Shown here: positions 9,190 to 18,324 of the stretch, one piece after another
Layout: every line of letters begins with the position of its first letter
Numbering within the stretch: position 1 is the stretch's first letter
Assembly (NCBI RefSeq): GCF_900095195.1
Contig: NZ_LT606950.1
Span: forward strand, 697,207 to 729,206
From: Polynucleobacter necessarius
Lineage (GTDB): Bacteria; Pseudomonadota; Gammaproteobacteria; Burkholderiales; Burkholderiaceae
Length of the DNA stretch: 32,000 bases
Reading direction: 5' to 3'
Program-made: the position numbers and the translations under genes
The notes under the pieces: model-generated
The model's database searches: none
The model's input: the letters and a program-made list of their open reading frames with translations, nothing else
What the model was told of the DNA's origin: nothing

Positions 9190-9553
9190 ATCCTGCGTAC
9201 ACCAAGATTACCCTTCGGGCGCTGTAATTATGGCTCTCTGGAGTGGCTTAGCTCAATACATGCTCAAGAATGGTTATGAAATCATGTTAGGTTGCGCCAG
9301 TATTCCGATGGCTGATGGCGGTCACTTTGCGGCAAGCCTATACAACTCCTTAAATAGCAATCAGATAGCACCAACGGAATTTCATGCCTTCCCTCGCTTA
9401 CCGCTTCCGTTGGATAAGTTAAATGGTGGTTTGGATGTTGAAGCGCCGCCATTGATCAAAGGCTACCTAAAGTTGGGTGCCAAGATCTGCAGCGCTCCAG
9501 CATGGGATCCGGATTTCAATACCGCTGATCTGTTAACGATGCTGCGCCTCTAG
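9190..9553 (+). pseudogene. GNAT-type ornithine-acyl-ACP N-acyltransferase (OlsB / hemolysin-like) C-terminal remnant
   Basis: VHQDYPSGAVIMALWSGLAQYMLKNGYEIMLGCASIP...PPLIKGYLKLGAKICSAPAWDPDFNTADLLTMLRL matches the C-terminal half of OlsB-type proteins, from memory of the family. About 150 N-terminal residues are missing. Confidence 0.65.
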
Positions 9554-10359
9554 GACATTAACTTCAGTTGTTTTGTCTGGCATTGGAACGTAATCCAAAT
9601 CTTCCGCCATTTTCTTGCCGTCTTTGAATGCAAAGTCAAAAAATTTGATGACTTCAGCAACGTTTGCTTTATTTTCAGGATTCTTATAAATCAAGACAAA
9701 TGAAGCGCCGGTGATCGGCCAGGATTTTGCACCAGGAGCATTTGCAATAAATGTGCCCATACCTGGGATAGAAGCCCAATCAGTACTTGCTGCTGCGGCT
9801 GCAAAGGTTAAGTCATCTGGAGTCACAAATTGACCATCCTTATTTTTTTAAAGAAATAGAGGTCATCTTGTTCTTCTTGGCGTAGGCATACTCAACATAA
9901 CCAACAGAATTTTGACGCGTGTCACGTTAGCCGCCACGCCCTCATTACCCTTGCCGCCTACGGTGGAGGCAGCTGGCCACTTGACGGATGCACCAGAACC
10001 AACAGCATCCTTGAAGAGTGAACTCGTTTTTGCAAGGTAGTCTGTAAAAATTGCGGTAGTACCAGAACCATCAGCGCGTACGACAACGGTAATCGGGCCA
10101 CTCGGGATCTTCACGCTGGGTTCATGATGGCGATACGTTTATCACCCAAATCCGAGATCACACCCTGAAAAATGTCTGCCAAAGTTGGACCATCCAATTT
10201 GATTTCGCCAGGCTTTACACCCTCAACGTTAATCGCCGGCACCACTCCACCGATGGTGGCTGGAAACTGAACCATACCGTCTTTTTCGAGGTCTTTGAAT
10301 TTCACGGGATTGTCCGTTGCGCCAAAATCAACAGTCTTCGCATTAATCTGCTTGATGCC
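9554..10359 (-). pseudogene. pstS: Phosphate ABC transporter binding protein PstS, truncated at both ends and with at least 3 frameshifts
   Basis: GIKQINAKTVDFGATDNPVKFKDLEKDGMVQFPATIGGVVPAINV, VVVRADGSGTTAIFTDYL, GGKGNEGVAANV, SVGYVEYAYAKKNKM and SWPITGASFVLIYK occur in shifting frames. Frame breaks lie at about 10111..10120, about 9912..9922, and at a T7 run (9843..9849) where T6 would restore LKNKDGQF. The signal peptide is absent. Confidence 0.85.
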
Positions 10360-11554
10360 TCATCCACAGCCAAGCCTGGAAAACCCTCTTGCAATAATGT
10401 ATTCAAATATGACTTGAGTTCTGCGGGGCTAGCACCCTCCTTAGCCTGAGATTTGAACTTTTCAGAAAACTCGTTGAGCGACATCGTGTACTGCTCAATC
10501 ATTTTCAACTGCGTAAGGCCAACATTCTGATAATTGTTTGGACCTGCGGGTCCTAAATTCTTTCGTCCATAAGTAGGTGAAAAGCCGCCTGTTTCATGGT
10601 CGCCCGTCACAATAATCAACGTATCTGGGTTCTTCTTCTGGAAATCCAGTGCGACCTTACTGCATCATCAAAGGCCCATAGATCCCGCATTAAGGCAGCA
10701 ACATCATTTTGATGCCCTGCAGAACCGGTATTCTCATTTTCGGCAAACAGAACAAATCCCTTATCCCTCTTCGACTGAGAGCTCAGTACTTGCAGGCCAG
10801 CCGACAGCATTTGGGACAGGTTAGGCATTTCGTGTGGATCACGATCGATTTCGCAATCAATATCCTCAACAGCAAATAAGCCCAAAACCCGATTTTTTTG
10901 AATTGAGCTGAGATCACCTGGGCTAGACAGATATTGGTAATCCTTGGCCTTAAAAGCATCCACGACATTCAAGTTATCCTGGCGTTTTCCGCCAGGAATA
11001 GAAGTTGGTAAAAAATAATTTCTCCTGCCACCCATCAAAACTTCTGGCTCTAGCGCAAGGTATTGATTCACAATCATCTCACTATCGCGGCGTGATTGAG
11101 CGTGAACACTAAACGCTGCCGGGCTAGCATCGTATATTGGTGCCGTACTAATAAGACCGATGCGTTTTCCACTTTCTTTTGCCACCTGCAGCAAAGTTGA
11201 CGGAGATTGACCGTCCGGAGTCATGAAGATCGAGCCATTATTGACCTTATACCCGGTAGACATGGCAGATGCCGCCGCGGCGGAATCGGTCACAAAGTAA
11301 TTTGCGGATTCCGTCTTCATTAGTTAATAGTGACCATTAGCCATTACCTCATCGATGATCGCGAAGGATTGTTGACGCAATTGGGCACTGGAGTATCGCC
11401 CAAACTCGTATTGACTATTGGTGGTTCCATCGGCAAACAGAATGATGATATTTTTAGGCTTGCTGGGGGTGCTTTGAGCATAAGTGGGTTGCCCACCGAT
11501 AAGCGCTACCGTTACTAAGCAAATGAAATTGATTCTGAGAAAAGCAGCAATCAT
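10360..11554 (-). pseudogene. Alkaline phosphatase (PhoA family) with nonsense codon, frameshift and 3' truncation
   Basis: Signal peptide plus NIIILFADG. In-frame TAA at 11324..11326 (GHY*LMKTESANYFVTDSAAAASA). A one-base deletion at about 10655..10659 (FDDAV-VALDFQKKNPDTLIIVTGDHETGG). The sequence ends at ...GFPGLAVDE, fused to the pstS remnant at about 10360. Confidence 0.85.
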
Positions 11555-11571
11555 TCTGCGCCTTATGCTGT

Positions 11572-12915
11572 TTATACTGTTGGTACTAAATCGGCAATAC
11601 TTTTTGCTGCACTCATGGCAAGCTGAGAATCTTGGGTCTCGACCATTACCCTTAACAGCGGCTCTGTGCCAGAAGCACGAATAAGCACCCTACCAATATC
11701 TTTTAGATCGTTTTCAACTTTGGTAATTTGATCCTTGAGCTTGTAGTCAGATTTCCAGTCATAGCCTGACTTGAATTTCACATTCAAGAGTACTTGAGGA
11801 TAGATTTTGACTGCATACAATAATTGCGCGAGGCTTTTCTTGTTTTGGCTCATAGCGGCTAAAACTTGGAGCGCGGCAATCGTGCCATCACCAGTCGAGT
11901 GTTGATCTAGGCAAAGTAAATGTCCAGAGCCCTCACCGCCAATAATCCAGCCTTTTTGTTTTAGGAGTTCCAAAACATAGCGATCACCGACATTGGCGCG
12001 CTCAAAGCCAATTCCTAGAGCGATGATGGCGTTTTCTACGGCAAGGTTCGTCATGAGCGTGCCGACCGCACCGCCGAGTTTCTGACCACGATCCAAGCGA
12101 TCTTTTGTTAGCACATATAAGAGCTCATCACCATTAAACAAGCGGCCAGTGGCATCCACCATTTGCAATCGATCTGCATCGCCATCTAACGCGATACCCA
12201 AATCTGCATTGACTTCTTTTACCTTGGCGATCAGCGCTGCTGGGGCGGTAGCACCGCAACCATCATTAATGTTGCGACCATCGGGATTAACGCCAATAGA
12301 AATCACCTCTGCGCCGAGTTCATGAAACACGTGTGGCGCGGTATGGTATGCGGCACCATTGGCGCAGTCAACCACGAGCTTAAGGCCTTTGAGATTGAGC
12401 TCACCCGGAAATGTGGATTTGCAAAACTCGATGTAACGTCCTGCAGCATCATCCAATCGATACGCTTTGCCAAGCTCTTGCGCACTCACGCAACCCATCG
12501 GTTTTGCAAGCTCTGCTTCAATGGCTAACTCAAAGGCGTCGTCCAATTTATCGCCGTTCGCTGAGAAAAACTTAATGCCATTGTCTTGGTATGGATTATG
12601 CGAGGCAGAAATCACAATGCCTGCCGATAAACGCAATGCTTTCGTTAGATAAGCAACCCCTGGTGTTGGAATCGGTCCACATAACATCACATCTACACTA
12701 GCAGCAGCAAAACCCGCTTCTAAGGCTGCTTCAAGCAAGTAACCAGATACACGTGTATCTTTTCCGATCAATACCTTGCAACGTTCACCAGGCTTAGTAC
12801 TTTTATTGAGCACCATACCCGCGGCATAGCCTAAACGTGTCATGAATTCTGGAACAATCGGAAATTGGCCCACCTCGCCACGAATACCATCGGTTCCAAA
12901 GTATTGTTTTTTCAC
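11572..12915 (-). CDS. glmM: Phosphoglucosamine mutase
   Basis: [14 protein letters not shown]-terminus, active-site SASHNP, 447 aa, uninterrupted. Sits downstream of folP as in many proteobacteria. Confidence 0.95.
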   Translation of the reverse strand: MKKQYFGTDGIRGEVGQFPIVPEFMTRLGYAAGMVLNKSTKPGERCKVLIGKDTRVSGYLLEAALEAGFAAASVDVMLCGPIPTPGVAYLTKALRLSAGIVISASHNPYQDNGIKFFSANGDKLDDAFELAIEAELAKPMGCVSAQELGKAYRLDDAAGRYIEFCKSTFPGELNLKGLKLVVDCANGAAYHTAPHVFHELGAEVISIGVNPDGRNINDGCGATAPAALIAKVKEVNADLGIALDGDADRLQMVDATGRLFNGDELLYVLTKDRLDRGQKLGGAVGTLMTNLAVENAIIALGIGFERANVGDRYVLELLKQKGWIIGGEGSGHLLCLDQHSTGDGTIAALQVLAAMSQNKKSLAQLLYAVKIYPQVLLNVKFKSGYDWKSDYKLKDQITKVENDLKDIGRVLIRASGTEPLLRVMVETQDSQLAMSAAKSIADLVPTV

Positions 12916-12954
12916 GAATATGATTATAAAACTGGTAAATACTGGGTTCTAAGC

Positions 12955-13734
12955 TTATTGAGGCTCATTCACTGCCGCCCAAAGCTTTATGGCATCAACC
13001 GTTTCAGGCACGTCATGAACCCTGACGATCTGAGCACCACGATCCGCCGCCATGATGACAGCTGCAATACTAGGTGCCACCTGCTCATGTGTCTCTTTAC
13101 CAGTGACCTTGCCAATCATCGATTTACGCGAAATACCGACCAAAACGGGATAACCCAGAGTGGTGAAGTTAGAGAAATTCGCTAGCATCTCTAAATTATG
13201 TTCAAGGCTTTTACCAAACCCAAAACCCGGATCAATAGCAATGCGATCTTGATGAACCCCATGAGATATCAATAAATTAGCACGCTCTTGTAAAAATTGA
13301 CTCACCTCCAGAATGACATCCTGATACTCTGGATTAAATTGCATCGTGAGTGGATCTCGTTGTATATGCATCAACACAATACCGCATTGCTGATGTTCGA
13401 GAACAGCACCCACGGCGCCATCTTGCCTTAAAGCCCAAATGTCATTGACGCAATCCACGCCTGCACGTAGAGCTTGGCGCACTGTTTTTGCTTTGTAAGT
13501 GTCAATCGATAGCGGGACGCCACAATCCTTTAAACCCTCAATAACGGGCAAAACGCGATCGATCTCCTCTTGTAGACCTACAGGCTCCGCTCCCGGTCTG
13601 GTAGATTCACCGCCAATATCAATCAAATCAACGCCACCCTGAATCATGCGCTCCGCTTGAGCAATCGCATCCTTTGCGCTTCGATATTTGCCGCCATCTG
13701 AAAACGAATCCGGGGTGGCATTCAGTATTCCCAT
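12955..13734 (-). CDS. folP: Dihydropteroate synthase (core intact; conserved N-terminal extension displaced to another frame)
   Basis: MGILNATPDSFSDGG onwards is uninterrupted for 259 aa. The usual upstream segment (MPTTWRCGRFLFDLTKRQRPI) is present at 13735..13822 but in a different frame. Confidence 0.85.
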   Translation of the reverse strand: MGILNATPDSFSDGGKYRSAKDAIAQAERMIQGGVDLIDIGGESTRPGAEPVGLQEEIDRVLPVIEGLKDCGVPLSIDTYKAKTVRQALRAGVDCVNDIWALRQDGAVGAVLEHQQCGIVLMHIQRDPLTMQFNPEYQDVILEVSQFLQERANLLISHGVHQDRIAIDPGFGFGKSLEHNLEMLANFSNFTTLGYPVLVGISRKSMIGKVTGKETHEQVAPSIAAVIMAADRGAQIVRVHDVPETVDAIKLWAAVNEPQ

Positions 13735-13833
13735 AAATGGGGCGTTGACGTTTCGTTAAGTCAAAAAGAAAACGCCCACAACGCCATGTTGTGGGCATCT
13801 TTGGAATGCCGTTGCTGGTCATTAGCGTGAAGA

Positions 13834-15711
13834 CTATGCCGTTGCAGGAGCGTTTCCAGCCGCAGGTCCAGGTATTCCCGATGAGTTACCAAACTGAGTA
13901 GCCAATGGCGGCTTCGGTGCACGCGGAGGCCGACCTTCCATTATGTCGTTAATTTGCTCGGCATCAATTGTTTCCCATTCCAGCAACGCGGCAACCATTG
14001 CCTCGACCTTGTCACGGTTTTGCTCCAAAATCGACTTGGCCAATGCGTACTGACTGTCAATCAAAGTCCGAATTTCCGCATCAACTTTTTGTTGCGTCAG
14101 CTCCGAAACCGTTTTCGAATTCGTGCGACCGAAAATGCTTTCGGATTCAGTATCAACGTAGACCATTGTGCCTAAGCTATCGCTCATGCCATAACGAGTC
14201 ACCATATCGCGCGCCATTTTGGTGGCACGCTCAAAATCATTCGATGCACCTGTACTCATGGAATTTAAGAAAACTTCCTCTGCCGCACGTCCGCCAAACA
14301 ATATCGCCAATTCTTCCAACATGCGATCTTTGTAAAGATTGACACGATCAAACTCGGGCAACTGCCATGTAACACCCAATGCCATACCGCGTGGCATGAT
14401 AGTAACTTTATGCACAGGGTCTGCTTTAGGAAGGATTTTTGCAACCACTGCATGACCCGACTCGTGATACGCCGTATTACGGCGCTCTTCCTCACGCATC
14501 ACGGCAGACTTACGCTCAGGACCCATATAGATCTTATCCTTAGCGTCCTCAAAGTCTTTCATGTCTACAGAGCGTTTATTGCGACGTGCAGCAAACAATG
14601 CTGCTTCATTTACCAGGTTGGCTAAATCGGCACCTGAAAATCCTGGAGCGCCACGCGCCAATACTGCTGCATTGACATCAGGATCAATGGGCACCTTGCG
14701 CATATGCACTTGCAAAATCTGCTCGCGCCCACGAATATCAGGCAGGCCAACATGAACCTGTCGGTCAAAACGACCGGGACGCAAGAGCGCCCTATCTAAA
14801 ACATCCGAACGATTGGTAGCAGCAACCACGATGACGCCGCTGTTACTTTCAAAACCATCCATCTCAACCAACATTTGGTTTAAGGTTTGTTCGCGCTCAT
14901 CATTACCGCCGCCCATACCAGCACCACGATGGCGACCCACCGCATCAATTTCATCAATAAAAATGATGCAAGGTGAGTTTTTCTTCGCGTTCTCAAACAT
15001 ATCGCGCACACGAGAAGCACCAACACCCACGAACATTTCGACAAAATCCGAACCTGAGATGGAGAAGAATGGTACTTTTGCTTCGCCCGCGATAGCCCGT
15101 GCAAGCAGAGTTTTACCGGTTCCTGGAGGGCCTACAAGCAATACGCCGTGCGGTATGCGCCCACCCAACTTCTGAAACTTTTGTGGATCTTTTAAGAAAT
15201 CCACTAACTCGAAGACTTCTTCCTTTGCTTCATCACAGCCAGCGACATCAGCAAACGTCACCGTATTGCTATTCCCATCAATTAGGCGCGCTTTAGATTT
15301 TCCAAAAGAGAATGCGCCACCTTTACCACCACCTTGCATCTGGCGCATCATGAAAAACCAAAAACCAATAATCAATAATGTTGGCCCAAGGTAGTACAAA
15401 GCAGAAACCAGCATATTGGGCTCTTCTTCTGCCTTACCGGTAACTTGAACACCGTATTTCATTAAGTCACCAACCATCCAGATGTCGCCCGGAGAAATGA
15501 TGGAATATTTATTGCCATCAGCAGGCGTGACTTGCAAGGTGCGACCTTGGACATCAACGCGTTTAATTTTTCCGGCCTTGGCGTCATCCATGAATTGGGA
15601 ATACGTGACTTGATTTTGGTCCTTAGGCTTATCAAACTGTTTGAAAACAGTAAAAAGCACTAAGCCCACAACGAGCCATACTCCGATTTTTTGGAACATA
15701 TTGCTGTTCAA
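13834..15711 (-). CDS. ftsH: ATP-dependent zinc metalloprotease FtsH
   Basis: Walker A GPPGTGKT, second region of homology, HESGHA zinc motif, N-terminal TM segments. The frame opens with TTG AAC AGC AAT ATG, so the start is either TTG 15711 or ATG 15699. Confidence 0.95.
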   Translation of the reverse strand: MNSNMFQKIGVWLVVGLVLFTVFKQFDKPKDQNQVTYSQFMDDAKAGKIKRVDVQGRTLQVTPADGNKYSIISPGDIWMVGDLMKYGVQVTGKAEEEPNMLVSALYYLGPTLLIIGFWFFMMRQMQGGGKGGAFSFGKSKARLIDGNSNTVTFADVAGCDEAKEEVFELVDFLKDPQKFQKLGGRIPHGVLLVGPPGTGKTLLARAIAGEAKVPFFSISGSDFVEMFVGVGASRVRDMFENAKKNSPCIIFIDEIDAVGRHRGAGMGGGNDEREQTLNQMLVEMDGFESNSGVIVVAATNRSDVLDRALLRPGRFDRQVHVGLPDIRGREQILQVHMRKVPIDPDVNAAVLARGAPGFSGADLANLVNEAALFAARRNKRSVDMKDFEDAKDKIYMGPERKSAVMREEERRNTAYHESGHAVVAKILPKADPVHKVTIMPRGMALGVTWQLPEFDRVNLYKDRMLEELAILFGGRAAEEVFLNSMSTGASNDFERATKMARDMVTRYGMSDSLGTMVYVDTESESIFGRTNSKTVSELTQQKVDAEIRTLIDSQYALAKSILEQNRDKVEAMVAALLEWETIDAEQINDIMEGRPPRAPKPPLATQFGNSSGIPGPAAGNAPATA

Positions 15712-15866
15712 AATTGAGTCCTTTTCTGGATTGATCCAGAGTAGTTAAAGCGAATCGCTACCTATGTATTTGATTCTACTACCACCCCTTTTCAAGGGCT
15801 AATGGCAGATTTATTTGATAAACCCATGTAAATCAGAGGGTTATTGAGCTTGTGAACGGCCTGAAA

Positions 15867-16547
15867 TCAGGATGATTTAGCGGGTTTAAGGTTTCTGCCC
15901 AAGAGGAAAATCTCGGATGAGCGAGCCCTTGAAGCTTTCGGCTTTCTGGAAGCGACCGTTTTAAAGACCTTTTTGAAGGACTCGACAATCTGACTATAAC
16001 AACTCCCATTGAAACATTTGATCAGCAGTGCTCCTTCGGGTTTTAGATGCGCCACTGCAAAATCTAGTGCTATTTTTGCCAAAAATGCCATGCGAGCGGC
16101 ATCTGCAACCCCGACTCCCGATAAATTGGGCGCCATATCAGAAAGAACCAAATCAACTTTACCATCGCCATCTTTGGGTAATAAGGCCTCAAGGGCTGCG
16201 AGCCCTTCTTCTTCACGAAAATCGCCCTGTATGAAATGAACGTCGGCAATCTCTTCCATCGGCAAGGTGTCGATTGCAATAATCTGACCGTCCGGCTTGC
16301 CTGACCCAATTTTGGGATTACTTTTACCGAATTCGGTTAAGCGATTACGAACATATTGAGACCAACTTCCGGGGGCGCTCCCCAAATCCACGATCGTCAT
16401 ACCTGCTTTGATCAGGTGATCTTGCTCGTCAATTTCACTGAGCTTATAGACCGCTCTAGCACGATAGCCCTCTTTTTGGGCCATCTTCACATAAGGATCG
16501 GTGAGGTGATCCTGTAACCAACTTTTATCAAATTTATTTTTTGCCAC
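15867..16547 (-). CDS. rlmE: 23S rRNA (uridine2552-2'-O)-methyltransferase
   Basis: [28 protein letters not shown] and [14 protein letters not shown] motif. GTG start at 16547. Lies upstream of ftsH as in E. coli. Confidence 0.92.
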   Translation of the reverse strand: MAKNKFDKSWLQDHLTDPYVKMAQKEGYRARAVYKLSEIDEQDHLIKAGMTIVDLGSAPGSWSQYVRNRLTEFGKSNPKIGSGKPDGQIIAIDTLPMEEIADVHFIQGDFREEEGLAALEALLPKDGDGKVDLVLSDMAPNLSGVGVADAARMAFLAKIALDFAVAHLKPEGALLIKCFNGSCYSQIVESFKKVFKTVASRKPKASRARSSEIFLLGRNLKPAKSS

Positions 16548-16624
16548 AACGTATTCTCTTTCGCCTTGTATTTTCCTAGTTTCTGACCCCTAAAGCAAAA
16601 GGATTTGTTCAGAAACGACCGAAA

Positions 16625-16865
16625 ACCTCCGGAACAACTGGTAAACCAAAGGGCGTGCAACGAGATACTGGTGGATATGCCGTTGCGCTGATGTCCACCA
16701 TGAATCATATTTTCTGCATTGCCAAAGACTCGCTCAGGCAAAATCGTGCGCCGCGCTTTACAAGCGGTTGCTGAGGGTCGCGATCCTGGCGATATCAGCG
16801 CCATGGAAGACCAAAATGTTCTAGCGCAAATCAAGACCATCATTGAGCAGCGCGCTGGTGCCTAA
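16625..16865 (+). pseudogene. prpE: Propionate-CoA ligase, 3' portion (two pieces joined by an internal deletion of roughly 300 codons)
   Basis: TSGTTGKPKGVQRDTGGYAVALMSTMNHIF (16625..16714, frame 2) is followed in frame 3 by IIFSALPKTRSGKIVRRALQAVAEGRDPGDISAMEDQNVLAQIKTIIEQRAGA* (16704..16865). Both match the E. coli PrpE motif order, from memory. Confidence 0.85.
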
Positions 16866-16910
16866 GGATTAGCGTTTAGCTTCACTTTTCTGAATGGGCA
16901 TTTCCAGACT

Positions 16911-16942
16911 ATCCCGTCCCGACCTTTGGGTTTGGACGGGAT
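16911..16942 (+). terminator. Hairpin downstream of the prpE remnant (possible relic terminator)
   Basis: atcccgtcc (16911..16919) pairs with ggacgggat (16934..16942). The loop can extend the stem with G-U pairs, and atatttccttt follows. Confidence 0.35.
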
Positions 16943-17127
16943 ATTTCCTTTAGAGCCCAATTGGCTGGAGATTCAAGGTCTTAGGGAGTAAAACTGGTAT
17001 CATTTGCAAGGTTCGAAACTAATTAATTACCCTAGCGCTTAAAGACACTCTCCTCCCGTATATACAAGCCTCGGGTTGGTCTTTTTGGGGGTTTTGAGCG
17101 TCATATGGAGCAGGGACTGGAGATGGT

Positions 17128-18324
17128 TTGTCACCCTTGCTTCCTTCTTTTCCTCCCGCCGTGTTGGCACTAGCCGACGGCACTCTATTTCCCGGTTTTA
17201 GTATTGGCGCCCCAGGCAAAACCACCGGCGAAGTGGTCTTTAATACCGCATTAACAGGCTATCAGGAGATCGTTACGGATCCAAGTTACTCGCGTCAAAT
17301 CATTACTCTGACTTATCCCCACATTGGTAATGTTGGTGTAAATGCGCAAGACGCCGAATCGGATCAGATCCACGCTGCTGGCTTAGTCATCAAAGATTTA
17401 CCGAAGCGGGTTTCCAATTTCCGCGCTGAAGGAACGTTGGAGAGTTATCTTGCAAAGGCCGGCGTGGTTGGCATCTCCGGGATCGATACACGCAAATTGA
17501 CTCGTATCTTGCGGGACCAGGGAGCCCAGTCTGGGTCGATTGTCGCTGGTAAGGCTGGTGATGATGTGCAGGCGCTTGGTCAAAAGGCATTGCAACTAGC
17601 CAAAGCTTTTCCGGGAATGGCAGGACTGGATTTAGCAAAAGTGGTTACTACGAAGGCGCCTTACGAGTGGCGTGAGGGCGAATGGGAGTTGCAAGGCCCT
17701 AACGGCAAACCTGCTTACAAAACACTCGATACCTCAAAGCCCACTAAGAAAGTGGTTGCCTACGACTTTGGTGTGAAACGCAATATTCTCCGCATGCTCG
17801 CTGAACGTGGTTGCGAGTTAACCGTGGTTCCAGCACAAACCAGCGCTACGGATATACTGGCCTTGAATCCAGACGGTGTATTTTTCTCAAACGGTCCTGG
17901 GGATCCAGGGCCTTGTGATTATGCAATTGCTGCTGCAAAAGAGATTATTGAAAAAGGGGTCCCGACATTTGGCATCTGTTTGGGTCATCAAATCATGGGT
18001 CTAGCTGCGGGTGCAAAAACCTTGAAGATGAAGTTTGGTCACCACGGAGCAAACCACCCCGTTAAGGATTTGGATACGGGTCGCGTCGCCATTACTTCTC
18101 AGAACCATGGCTTTTCGGTGGATGCTAATACGTTGCCGAATAATGTTCGAGTAACCCACGTGTCGCTATTCGACGGATCCCTGCAAGGTTTGGCCTGGAC
18201 GGATAAACCTGCGTTGTGTTTTCAGGGTCACCCAGAGGCTTCGCCAGGCCCGCATGACATTGCCTATCTATTTGATCGATTTGTGGAGCTCATGAATGCT
18301 GCCAGTAAGAAGGAGGGCAAATAA
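17128..18324 (+). CDS. carA: Carbamoyl-phosphate synthase small (glutamine amidotransferase) subunit
   Basis: [24 protein letters not shown]...[19 protein letters not shown] and catalytic GICLGHQ. No in-frame ATG is available. The start is TTG at 17128 (GGAG 5 nt upstream) or TTG at 17137. Confidence 0.92.
   Translation: MSPLLPSFPPAVLALADGTLFPGFSIGAPGKTTGEVVFNTALTGYQEIVTDPSYSRQIITLTYPHIGNVGVNAQDAESDQIHAAGLVIKDLPKRVSNFRAEGTLESYLAKAGVVGISGIDTRKLTRILRDQGAQSGSIVAGKAGDDVQALGQKALQLAKAFPGMAGLDLAKVVTTKAPYEWREGEWELQGPNGKPAYKTLDTSKPTKKVVAYDFGVKRNILRMLAERGCELTVVPAQTSATDILALNPDGVFFSNGPGDPGPCDYAIAAAKEIIEKGVPTFGICLGHQIMGLAAGAKTLKMKFGHHGANHPVKDLDTGRVAITSQNHGFSVDANTLPNNVRVTHVSLFDGSLQGLAWTDKPALCFQGHPEASPGPHDIAYLFDRFVELMNAASKKEGK

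Noticed and set aside
15725-15740. Perfect palindrome tctggat-tg-atccaga just upstream of the ftsH ribosome-binding region
   Set aside because: It is a single 7-bp inverted repeat. It could be an operator or a small hairpin, but there is no second copy or known motif to support a call.
16487-16843. 118-aa minus-strand ORF spanning the rlmE start and the prpE remnant
   Set aside because: It overlaps the rlmE coding start and is antisense to clear PrpE motifs, so it is an artefact of the open antisense frame.
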